A stretch of DNA of 32,000 nt from NCBI RefSeq assembly GCF_000008565.1, contig NC_001263.1, positions 401,865-433,864 on the forward strand, read 5' to 3'. Position 1 is the first letter of the stretch; the number at the start of each line of letters is the position of its first letter. Both the position numbers and the translations under genes were made by a program. The notes under the pieces were generated by a model, which was not told the DNA's origin, searched no databases, and worked only from the letters and a program-made list of their open reading frames with translations. Below, piece after piece: positions 21,843-29,682 of this stretch. Origin of the DNA: Deinococcus radiodurans R1 = ATCC 13939 = DSM 20539. GTDB taxonomy: Bacteria; Deinococcota; Deinococci; Deinococcales; Deinococcaceae.

Positions 21843-21848
21843 GCATTT

Positions 21849-21877
21849 AGTTTAGAACAGAATAACATTACGGTCAA
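21849..21877 (-). promoter_or_regulatory. ddrA promoter: -35 TTGACC, 17-nt spacer, -10 TAAACT, leaderless
   Basis: Minus strand: TTGACC (21872-21877), 17 nt, TAAACT (21849-21854), 6 nt, then ATG (21842). Confidence 0.6.
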
Positions 21878-21884
21878 GACATAA
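21868..21884 (-). promoter_or_regulatory. RDRM-like operator (candidate DdrO binding site) upstream of ddrA
   Basis: The minus strand reads TTATGTCTTGACCGTAA, a 17-bp imperfect palindrome (TTATG ... CGTAA). It overlaps the -35 box. Confidence 0.65.
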
Positions 21885-22039
21885 AACGCCAGTTGATTAA
21901 GGGGAAATGGAGAGGGGTTCGGGGCGGCCCCTGCCTGCTCTGTCGGCCAGCTTTCGGCAGAGTGGGCCCCGGCTCCGGCGCACTGACGCGGGCTAGACCC
22001 TCCCGCGCCGCCCTCCACCGCCGCCTCTACCTTCGTCCT

Positions 22040-22627
22040 ATGCCCCGCACCGCCGCCGTCACCCGCACGACCAAGGAAACCGACATCACCGTCCGGCTCG
22101 ACCTCGACGCCGCACCTTACGAGCAGCCCGCCACCGGGCACGGCTTTTTCGACCATATGCTCGACGCGCTCGCCCGCCACAGTCGCCTCGGTATCAGTAT
22201 TTCCGGCACGGGCGACCTGCACATCGAGCCGCACCACCTGATCGAGGACACCGGCATCACGCTGGGGCAGGCGCTGTCGCAGGCGCTCGGCGACCGCAAA
22301 GGCATCGAGCGCTACGGCTCGGCTTTCGTGCCGATGGACGAAACGCTGGCGCACGTGGTCCTCGACCTCTCGGGCCGCGCCCACCTCGCCTTCGAGCCGG
22401 AAACGCTGGACGTGTACGGCGACGCGGGTGGCATGACCCACTACCACCTGCGCGAGTTTCTGCGCGGCTTTTGCAACCACGCCGGGGCCACGCTGCACGT
22501 GCGCCTGCTGGCCGGGCGCGAGGCGCACCACGTCATCGAGGCCGTCATGAAGGCGTTTGCCCGTGCCCTGCGCGACGCGGTGGCGGTGACTTCGGACGCG
22601 CTGCCGAGCACCAAGGGGAGCCTGTAG
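22040..22627 (+). CDS. hisB: Imidazoleglycerol-phosphate dehydratase
   Basis: MPRTAAVTRTTKETDITVRLDLD..., GHGFFDHMLDALARH, DLHIEPHHLIEDTGI, HHVIEAVMKAFARAL are conserved IGPD motifs. The start is ATG 22040. Confidence 0.9.
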   Translation: MPRTAAVTRTTKETDITVRLDLDAAPYEQPATGHGFFDHMLDALARHSRLGISISGTGDLHIEPHHLIEDTGITLGQALSQALGDRKGIERYGSAFVPMDETLAHVVLDLSGRAHLAFEPETLDVYGDAGGMTHYHLREFLRGFCNHAGATLHVRLLAGREAHHVIEAVMKAFARALRDAVAVTSDALPSTKGSL

Positions 22628-22667
22628 CTCTCATTCCACGTCAGCGACGCACTGTCAGGCTGAGGCG

Positions 22668-23497
22668 ATGCAAAGAATGTTGCCCCTGCTGGCGCTGCTC
22701 AGCTTCGCCTCGGCTCAGGCGCAGGTCTCCGGCCCCAGTGAAACTCGCGTGCCCCGCGCCGCTGAAACCGATGCCATCATCCGCGCCGTATGCAGCGGCA
22801 AAGCCGATCTGGGGCGGCTCAGCGGGTGTAAGCAGACCGTCTATGAAGGTCGCCTGAGTTCGGAGATTCGCAGTCCGCGGACCATGCTGCTGCTGTCCAG
22901 CGTCCTTTCCGGGTCTTTTACGGCGCCGGGTCAAAAGGAACTGCTGGCGACGTTCTGCACCGAAACCGAAAGCTGCTCGGGCGAAACGGTATTGCTGCGC
23001 CAGATGCGCGGGCAGTGGCAGCCCGTCAGCCTCGTGCCGGGCTTTCTGCCGTTCAACTGCCTCACCTACCCCAAGCGCAATGGCACGCAGGCCGCCGTCT
23101 GCATGGGCGAAAACGCCAAAAACGAGCCGATTGGAGACGCCCTGAAAATCGCCTCCTGGACGGGCGGTAAGCTGAAGGTGGAGACGGTGGCCCTCTTTCC
23201 GCTCTTGCAGTTCCGCGACTTTTTCGGGACTGGCTCGCAGCAGTGCGCCGGGCGCTGGCAGTACGAAGCCTTCGGCTGGAACGACCGGGACCGCAACGCC
23301 GACCGGGTGCCTGACCTCACCGTGCTGGCTTCTGTCACGACGTACCAGCCGACGCCCGAGTTGTGCAAAATGGGGCAGGGCTTTGACGCGCAGAGCAGCG
23401 CTTCTGCCCGCCGCGACCTTACCTTCGTCTGGACAGGTGAAACCCTCAGGCCCACCGGCACGACCGCCGCCACGCTGGAGAAGTACTCTAGGGGGCG

Positions 23498-23501
<4 letters not shown>
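22668..23501 (+). CDS. Hypothetical secreted Cys-rich protein (277 aa) between hisB and hisH
   Basis: Signal peptide MQRMLPLLALLSFASAQAQ. The mature part has 8 Cys and no domain I recognise. Its stop overlaps the hisH ATG (ATGA at 23498-23501). Confidence 0.6.
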
Positions 23502-24132
<631 letters not shown>

Positions 24133-24145
<13 letters not shown>

Positions 24146-24166
24146 TTCCGCCGGGGGCGCTTTTTC
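24133..24166 (+). terminator. Rho-independent terminator overlapping the hisH stop
   Basis: Stem CCCCGG (24135-24140)/CCGGGG (24151-24156), extended by flanking G-C pairs, followed by TTTTT (24161-24165). Confidence 0.6.
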
Positions 24167-24268
24167 TGCTACACTGTCACGGTTGCACGTCCGCCCCCGC
24201 CCCCGGCTGCTTGCCGATGAGTGGCGCACACCGGGCAGACGGCGAAATCGCAAGGAGACACCGCCACT

Positions 24269-24982
24269 ATGGAACTGACTGCCAAACCCCGCACCCCCAA
24301 GCAGAAACTCGACGAGAGCATGATCGCCGCCGTCGCCTACAACAAGGAAAACAACGTTTCCTTCGCCCTGGACCGCAAGGCGTTTGACCGCGCTTTCCGT
24401 CAGCAGAGCACCACCGGCCTGTTCGACATCACCGTCGAAGGCGGCGAAACCTTCCCCGCGCTGGTCAAGGCCGTGCAGATGGACAAGCGTAAGCGCGCTC
24501 CCATCCACGTGGACTTTTACATGGTGACCTACGGCGAACCCGTCGAAGTCAGCGTGCCGGTGCACACCACGGGCCGCAGCCAGGGCGAAGTCCAGGGCGG
24601 TCTGGTGGATATCGTGGTCCACAACCTTCAGATCGTGGCCCCCGGCCCCCGCCGCATTCCCCAGGAACTCGTGGTGGACGTGACCAAGATGAACATCGGC
24701 GACCACATTACCGCCGGTGACATCAAGCTGCCCGAAGGCTGCACCCTGGCCGCCGACCCCGAACTGACTGTTGTCAGTGTGCTGCCGCCCCGCCTGACCG
24801 CCGAGGAACTCGAAGCCGAAGTCCAGGCCGCGCAGGTGGCCGGTCTGGTCGCTGCCGGCGAACTGTCCGAAGAAGCTGCCGAAGCCGTGCTCGAAGGCGA
24901 CGCCAGCCTGGAAGAAGTCAAGGCCGAAGCCAGCGAAGACAACGCTGGCACCGACAGCGAAGACAACAGCGACGCCCAGTAA
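24269..24982 (+). CDS. rplY: 50S ribosomal protein L25 / general stress protein Ctc
   Basis: 237 aa: MELTAKPRTPKQKLDE..., VQMDKRKRAPIHVDFYMV, with an acidic C-terminal tail. AAGGAGA Shine-Dalgarno at 24252-24258. A candidate -10 TACACT at 24170-24175 would give a leader of about 87 nt. Confidence 0.9.
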   Translation: MELTAKPRTPKQKLDESMIAAVAYNKENNVSFALDRKAFDRAFRQQSTTGLFDITVEGGETFPALVKAVQMDKRKRAPIHVDFYMVTYGEPVEVSVPVHTTGRSQGEVQGGLVDIVVHNLQIVAPGPRRIPQELVVDVTKMNIGDHITAGDIKLPEGCTLAADPELTVVSVLPPRLTAEELEAEVQAAQVAGLVAAGELSEEAAEAVLEGDASLEEVKAEASEDNAGTDSEDNSDAQ

Positions 24983-25000
24983 GCGCCGCTCAGTCGTTCA

Positions 25001-25031
25001 CTGCGTCCCTTGCGGGGGGCGCAGTTTTTTA
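25001..25031 (+). terminator. Rho-independent terminator after rplY
   Basis: CTGCGTCCC TTGC GGGGGGCGCAG followed by TTTTTTATT. Confidence 0.7.
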
Positions 25032-25166
25032 TTGGCGTCCGGTGGACCCGACCGTAGGCTGGCGTGCGGCCTCCGGCGGCGTGGCTGTTCATGACGCTGA
25101 TTGAGGGCCAGGCCGTACCCGACCTCGACCTATTTCGTCTCGACCGCTGACGGTAGACTGCCCGCA

Positions 25167-25520
25167 ATGTCCCAACCCATCGCCGCGCCCTTTCGTCAGC
25201 AGTTGCTCGACCTCGTGGCCCGCATTCCGCCGGGGCGGGTGATGACCTACGGGCAACTGGCGCTGCTCGCCGGTCAGCCGGGCGCGGCGCGGCAGGCAGG
25301 CGCCGTCATGCACAGCCTCAAGGACTCGGACCTGCCCTGGCAACGGGTCATCAATGCCCAGGGCCGCGTCAGCACCTACAAGGTCGGCCTGGGGGAAGTG
25401 CAAGAGGGCCTGCTGCGCGCCGAGGGCATAGAGTTCGACGACGCCGGGCGCTGTGACCTGAGCCGCTACCAGTGGTGGCCGGACGAGAACGCGGCGAACA
25501 TCGCTCAACGTCTTCTGTAG
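25167..25520 (+). CDS. Alkyltransferase-like protein (MGMT/Ada DNA-binding domain without the catalytic Cys)
   Basis: GRVMTYGQLALLAGQPGAARQAGAVM is the helix-turn-helix region. LPWQRVINAQGRVS replaces the MGMT active site PCHRV with PWQRV, as in Atl proteins. TAGACT lies 7 nt before ATG 25167. Confidence 0.75.
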   Translation: MSQPIAAPFRQQLLDLVARIPPGRVMTYGQLALLAGQPGAARQAGAVMHSLKDSDLPWQRVINAQGRVSTYKVGLGEVQEGLLRAEGIEFDDAGRCDLSRYQWWPDENAANIAQRLL

Positions 25521-25565
25521 GCACCGGGACAGCCTGTCCGCACGGTAAGACGTATGCTGTAGCCC

Positions 25566-26321
25566 ATGAAGATGAGCCAGAACCGTTGGACGGCGGGGAA
25601 CGCCCTGTCCTGGGCCCTAGGCGTGACGCTGGGCCTGATTGTCGGCATTGCCCTGCTGATTGCCATTCCGCGCCTGATGTCCACTCCGACCACCTCCGCC
25701 GAGTCTCCCGAGCCCCCGGCAGCCGTGGCCCAGACCGACGACAGCAGCGGCGCGGCCACCACCACCGAGCAGCCCGGCGCCACCGACCCGACCGGCATGG
25801 CGAGCGGCCAGACGAGCGGCAGCCCCGACCAGAGCGCAGCGGGCGCGATGGGCAACGAATCCCAGACCGCCGGGACTCAGAACACTGGGAGCCAGGGCAG
25901 CGAAAGCGACAGCATGGACAACAACACCGCGAGCAGCACCGCCGAGCAGACGGGCGGTCAGGTGGCGGGCGCCGGCAACGGCGAAGACCCCACCCAGCGC
26001 AGCTCCGGCGCAGCCCCGACCCCGGCCAACACCCCCTCGGACAATGCCCCAGCCCCCAGCGAGTCGGCGGGCGTCGCCAACGCGGGCAAGGAAGTCTTCG
26101 CGGGCAACTGCGCGGCCTGCCACGGCGCCGAGGGTCAGGGCGCGGTCGGCCCCTCGCTGCAACCCACGGTGGAGTGGGACGACACCCAGTTCACCGCCGC
26201 CCTGCGCGAAGGCAAGGCCCCCGACCGGGAGCTGAACACCATCATGCCCCGCTTCACCGAAGCGCAACTCAGCGCCCAGCAGGTGGCCGACGTGCACGCC
26301 TACATCAAGACGCTGTACTGA
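25566..26321 (+). CDS. Membrane-anchored monoheme class I cytochrome c with a long low-complexity linker
   Basis: N-terminal TM helix (ALSWALGVTLGLIVGIALLIAI), then a linker of about 150 aa rich in S/T/G/A/Q/P, then a C-terminal domain with CAACHG and the distal IMPRF Met. Confidence 0.8.
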   Translation: MKMSQNRWTAGNALSWALGVTLGLIVGIALLIAIPRLMSTPTTSAESPEPPAAVAQTDDSSGAATTTEQPGATDPTGMASGQTSGSPDQSAAGAMGNESQTAGTQNTGSQGSESDSMDNNTASSTAEQTGGQVAGAGNGEDPTQRSSGAAPTPANTPSDNAPAPSESAGVANAGKEVFAGNCAACHGAEGQGAVGPSLQPTVEWDDTQFTAALREGKAPDRELNTIMPRFTEAQLSAQQVADVHAYIKTLY

Positions 26322-26340
26322 GCATTCCGGTTTTGGCTGT

Positions 26341-26370
26341 CCCCCCGCTGCCCGGCGGGGGTTTTTCTTG
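26341..26370 (+). terminator. Rho-independent terminator after the cytochrome c gene
   Basis: CCCCCGC (26342-26348)/GCGGGGG (26355-26361) followed by TTTTTCTTGTTT. Confidence 0.7.
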
Positions 26371-26543
26371 TTTGGCCGCCTGACCGCTAAGCGTTTTGCC
26401 GCTCCTCGCTGCGCCACTTGGCCGATGCGCGCAGGGCCGCGTCTCAAGGAACATGCAACGCGGCGTGGTGGTCCGGTGCGGCGCGGGCAGGCACCATCAG
26501 ACATCCCTCTAGAAAGAGCACCTCACACAAGCGAGACGACGAC

Positions 26544-27956
26544 ATGAATGGCAAACACATCACCAAACTCGGTTTTGAAGGCAAAGCGGTGGGCCTCGCC
26601 CTCAGCGCGGCGGGCCTGCGCGAAGACGCAGGCGTGAGCCGTGGGGACATCCTCGACGAACTGCGGAGCGTGCAGAATTACCCCGAACAGTACCAAGGGG
26701 GCGGAGTCTACGCCGACCTCGCCACGCACCTGATAGAGCAGCAGGCCGCTCAACAGACGCGCCAGAGCGCCAAGCTCCGTGCCGCGCCGCTGCCCTACCG
26801 CACCTGGGGCGAAGACCTCATCGAACCCGGCGCCCACCGCCAGATGGACGTGGCGATGCAGCTTCCCATCTCCCGCGCCGGCGCCCTGATGCCCGACGCG
26901 CACGTGGGCTACGGCCTGCCCATCGGCGGGGTGCTGGCGACCGAGAATGCCGTCATTCCCTACGGCGTGGGCGTGGACATCGGCTGCTCGATGATGCTGA
27001 GTGTCTTTCCGGTGGCGGCCACCGGCCTCAGCGTGGACGAAGCGCGCTCGCTGCTGCTCAAGCACACCCGCTTCGGCGCGGGCGTCGGCTTCGAGAAGCG
27101 CGACCGCCTCGACCACCCGGTGCTGGCTGAGGCGACCTGGGACGAGCAACCGCTGCTGCGCCACCTCTTCGACAAGGCGGCTGGTCAGATCGGCAGTTCG
27201 GGCAGCGGCAACCACTTCGTCGAGTTCGGGACATTCACGCTCGCGCAGGCCGATCCGCAACTGGAAGGCCTCGACCCCGGCGAGTATCTGGCGGTGCTCT
27301 CGCACTCCGGCTCGCGCGGCTTCGGGGCGCAGGTGGCGGGACACTTCACCAACCTCGCGCAGCGGCTGTGGCCCGCGCTCGACAAGGAAGCGCAAAAACT
27401 TGCCTGGCTGCCGCTGGACAGCGAAGCGGGGCAAGCGTACTGGCAGGCGATGAACCTCGCGGGCCGCTACGCGCTTGCCAACCACGAGCAGATTCACGCC
27501 CGCCTTGCCCGTGCCCTCGGTGAAAAGCCCCTGCTGCGCGCGCAAAACAGCCACAACCTCGCCTGGAAACAGCAGGTGAATGGACAGGAACTCATTGTCC
27601 ACCGCAAGGGCGCGACCCCCGCCGAGGCCGGGCAGCTCGGTCTGATTCCCGGCAGCATGGCCGACCCCGGCTACCTCGTGCGCGGGCGCGGCAACCCCGA
27701 GGCCCTGGCGAGTGCCAGCCACGGCGCGGGCCGGCAGCTCGGGCGCAAGGCCGCCGAACGCTCGCTGGCGAAAAAGGACGTGCAGGCGTACCTCAAAGAC
27801 CGGGGCGTGACCCTGATCGGCGGCGGTATCGACGAGGCGCCCCAGGCCTACAAGCGCATCGAGGACGTGATCGCCCGCCAGCGCGACCTCGTGGACGTGC
27901 TCGGCGAGTTCCGCCCCCGCGTGGTGCGGATGGACACCGGCAGCGAGGACGTGTAG
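26544..27956 (+). CDS. rtcB: RtcB-family RNA 3'-phosphate ligase with an N-terminal extension of about 85 aa
   Basis: MPDAHVGYG, GVDIGCSM, GSGNHFVE, HSGSRGFG, HRKGATPA, PGSMADPGY and SASHGAGR are the conserved RtcB metal- and GMP-binding motifs. ATG 26544 was chosen. The upstream in-frame stretch to TTG 26418 looks non-coding. Confidence 0.85.
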   Translation: MNGKHITKLGFEGKAVGLALSAAGLREDAGVSRGDILDELRSVQNYPEQYQGGGVYADLATHLIEQQAAQQTRQSAKLRAAPLPYRTWGEDLIEPGAHRQMDVAMQLPISRAGALMPDAHVGYGLPIGGVLATENAVIPYGVGVDIGCSMMLSVFPVAATGLSVDEARSLLLKHTRFGAGVGFEKRDRLDHPVLAEATWDEQPLLRHLFDKAAGQIGSSGSGNHFVEFGTFTLAQADPQLEGLDPGEYLAVLSHSGSRGFGAQVAGHFTNLAQRLWPALDKEAQKLAWLPLDSEAGQAYWQAMNLAGRYALANHEQIHARLARALGEKPLLRAQNSHNLAWKQQVNGQELIVHRKGATPAEAGQLGLIPGSMADPGYLVRGRGNPEALASASHGAGRQLGRKAAERSLAKKDVQAYLKDRGVTLIGGGIDEAPQAYKRIEDVIARQRDLVDVLGEFRPRVVRMDTGSEDV

Positions 27957-27973
27957 GGCAGAGGAAGAAGGGA

Positions 27974-28008
27974 GGGACGGCTTGCGGGCTGTTCCGCCCT
28001 TTTCATTT
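27974..28008 (+). terminator. Terminator hairpin between convergent rtcB and the methyltransferase gene
   Basis: GGGACGG (27974-27980)/CCGCCC (27994-27999) with a one-base bulge, followed by TTTTCATTTTT. Confidence 0.5.
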
Positions 28009-28728
28009 TTATTCGGGACGACGGAACAAAGCCGCTTGCAGGAAGTCCATTTGAAAGACAGGTTCGGACGCCGGTTCCAGCTCAGAGAGGAGGCTCCCCG
28101 TCACGAAGTCCAGCCCTCCGAACATCTCCCGCAGGTCGTCCAGCGTGTAGCCCACGCCGCCTTCGAGTTGGCCCTGGCGCAGCAGTTCGAGGTCACTCTT
28201 CGCGCTGCCCATCCGGCCCCAGGCGAAGGTGCAGAGGCCGAACCAGCCGCCGGGCCTGAGCACCTGCCCCAGCGTATGCAGATACGACAGGCGGCGGTGG
28301 GGCGGGAGGTGATGAAAGCAGCCCGAGTCGTACACCACGTCGAAGGGGCCGCCCGGAATGGGGTCGCGCAGCACGTCGCCTTCGAGATACCGGATGTCCG
28401 GGCCTGGCGTCCGCTCCCGCGCCTGCCCAACCGCGTAGGGCGAGAGGTCGAGACCCGTTACCGCGTAGCCCTGCCGGGCCAGCCAGCGGGCATTGCGCCC
28501 CAGGCCGCAGCCGAGGTCTAGGGCCGTCAGGCCATCGCCGGACGGAAGCAGTCCCTGCCGCGTCCAGTCCACCAGACAGGCGTCGGGGAGGTCCGAGGCG
28601 AGTGGGTGTCCCGGCTGGCTGAACACCCGCTCCCAGGGATCCTGCGCCCCGCGCCGGGTGAGGTCCGAGCCGTCGTCGAACAGCTCATCGAGGGCCTCAA
28701 GCAGCTCCTCCAACGTGGTGATGCGCAT
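28009..28728 (-). CDS. Class I SAM-dependent methyltransferase
   Basis: LDLGCGLGRNARWLA (motif I), VTGLDLS and FDVVYDSGCFHHL are present. 239 aa. Confidence 0.8.
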   Translation of the reverse strand: MRITTLEELLEALDELFDDGSDLTRRGAQDPWERVFSQPGHPLASDLPDACLVDWTRQGLLPSGDGLTALDLGCGLGRNARWLARQGYAVTGLDLSPYAVGQARERTPGPDIRYLEGDVLRDPIPGGPFDVVYDSGCFHHLPPHRRLSYLHTLGQVLRPGGWFGLCTFAWGRMGSAKSDLELLRQGQLEGGVGYTLDDLREMFGGLDFVTGSLLSELEPASEPVFQMDFLQAALFRRPE

Positions 28729-28733
28729 GGGGC

Positions 28734-28784
28734 AGTCTATCTGTGGCCCCTGCCGCCGTGCCGCCCGCCCGCGCGCCGTAGACT
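28734..28784. promoter_or_regulatory. Divergent pair of leaderless-type -10 boxes (TAGACT on each strand)
   Basis: Minus strand: TAGACT (28734-28739), 5 nt, ATG 28728. Plus strand: TAGACT (28779-28784), 6 nt, ATG 28791. Together they form the imperfect inverted repeat GGGCAGTCTA...TAGACTCTGCCC. Confidence 0.5.
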
Positions 28785-28790
28785 CTGCCC

Positions 28791-29435
28791 ATGATCCGAG
28801 TCCTGCTTGCCGACGACCATGCCCTCTTTCGCCAGGGCCTCCGCAGCCTGCTGGAATCGGAGGGGATGCGGGTCATCGGTGAGGCCGCCAATGGGCGCGA
28901 GGCGGTGCGCTACGCCGCCGACACCCAGCCCGACGTGATTCTGATGGACATCCAGATGCCCGAGCTCGACGGGGTCAAGGCGACCCAGAGCATTCTGGAA
29001 ATCAATCCGCAGGCCCGCGTCATCATGATCACCATGTACCGCCAGGACCGCTACGTGTTCGAGGCGGTCAAGGCCGGAGCGCGCGGTTACATCCTCAAGG
29101 ACGCCGACGCGGGCACCCTGATCGACGCGATTACGCGGGTGGCGGCGGGCGAGGCGCTGCTCGACGCGGACATGGCACAGAACGTCCTCGACGACTTCCG
29201 AGACAAGCGCGAGGAACTGCCCAGCGAGAAACACGCCGACCTCAACGAGCGCGAGACGATGATTCTCAAGCTGCTCGCCCAGGGCTTTTCCAACCAGGAC
29301 ATCGCGCTGCGGCTCGACATCTCGGAAAAGACCGTCCGCAACCGCCTCTCCGAGATTTTCACCAAGCTGCAACTCAACAACCGCACCCAGGCCGCGCTGT
29401 ACGCCATCCGCGAGGGCATCGCCAACCTTGAGTAA
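28791..29435 (+). CDS. NarL/FixJ-family response regulator (REC plus LuxR-type HTH)
   Basis: [19 protein letters not shown] and YILKD form the receiver domain. [43 protein letters not shown] is the LuxR HTH. Confidence 0.9.
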   Translation: MIRVLLADDHALFRQGLRSLLESEGMRVIGEAANGREAVRYAADTQPDVILMDIQMPELDGVKATQSILEINPQARVIMITMYRQDRYVFEAVKAGARGYILKDADAGTLIDAITRVAAGEALLDADMAQNVLDDFRDKREELPSEKHADLNERETMILKLLAQGFSNQDIALRLDISEKTVRNRLSEIFTKLQLNNRTQAALYAIREGIANLE

Positions 29436-29682
29436 GCGCCGCTCTCCCCAGCCGGTGACCGTCCGCGCCGTGCCCGCCCAGCTCTACCGCGCCGGCTGCC
29501 TACGTGAGTGGGAAGTCGCCAGCGCCGAGCCCGACCTCGCCTACACCGAGCAGGCCTTTCCCGAGTGCCCGACCTGCCCGCACCGGGTGGAGCCGGAAGG
29601 AACGCTGCCGTTTTGCACGCTGCGCCCGGTGGGAACGGCCCATCCCTTCGCCGCCCTCGCCGGATTGCAGTTGCCCGATTGA
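29428..29682 (+). CDS. Hypothetical small Cys4 protein (possible zinc ribbon)
   Basis: High GC3. Cysteine pattern C-x22-CPTC-x12-C. The stop TGA overlaps the ATG of the next gene. The start is uncertain: TTG 29428 (overlapping the regulator stop) or GTG 29455. Confidence 0.4.
   Translation: MSKRRSPQPVTVRAVPAQLYRAGCLREWEVASAEPDLAYTEQAFPECPTCPHRVEPEGTLPFCTLRPVGTAHPFAALAGLQLPD

Noticed and set aside
21847-21867. Possible second RDRM copy (TTATTCTGTTCTAAACTAA) next to the first, over the ddrA -10 box
   Set aside because: It has only weak dyad symmetry and the wrong length for the 17-bp motif. I cannot support it without a scoring matrix.
25090-25149. 19-codon ORF (MTLIEGQAVPDLDLFRLDR) upstream of the Atl-like gene as a possible uORF
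   Set aside because: It is very short and has no ribosome-binding site or promoter context. It lies upstream of the predicted leaderless -10 of the Atl-like gene, so it would not be on that transcript.
25526-25538. Short palindrome GGACAG-C-CTGTCC upstream of the cytochrome c gene as an operator
   Set aside because: It is only 6-bp arms with a 1-nt centre. Such palindromes are expected by chance in GC-rich DNA, and no second copy occurs in the window.
26418-26543. In-frame upstream extension of rtcB from TTG 26418
   Set aside because: The translation (MADARRAASQGTCNAAWWSGAARAGTIRHPSRKSTSHKRDDD) has mixed codon bias and no similarity to RtcB. ATG 26544 begins the coherent domain.
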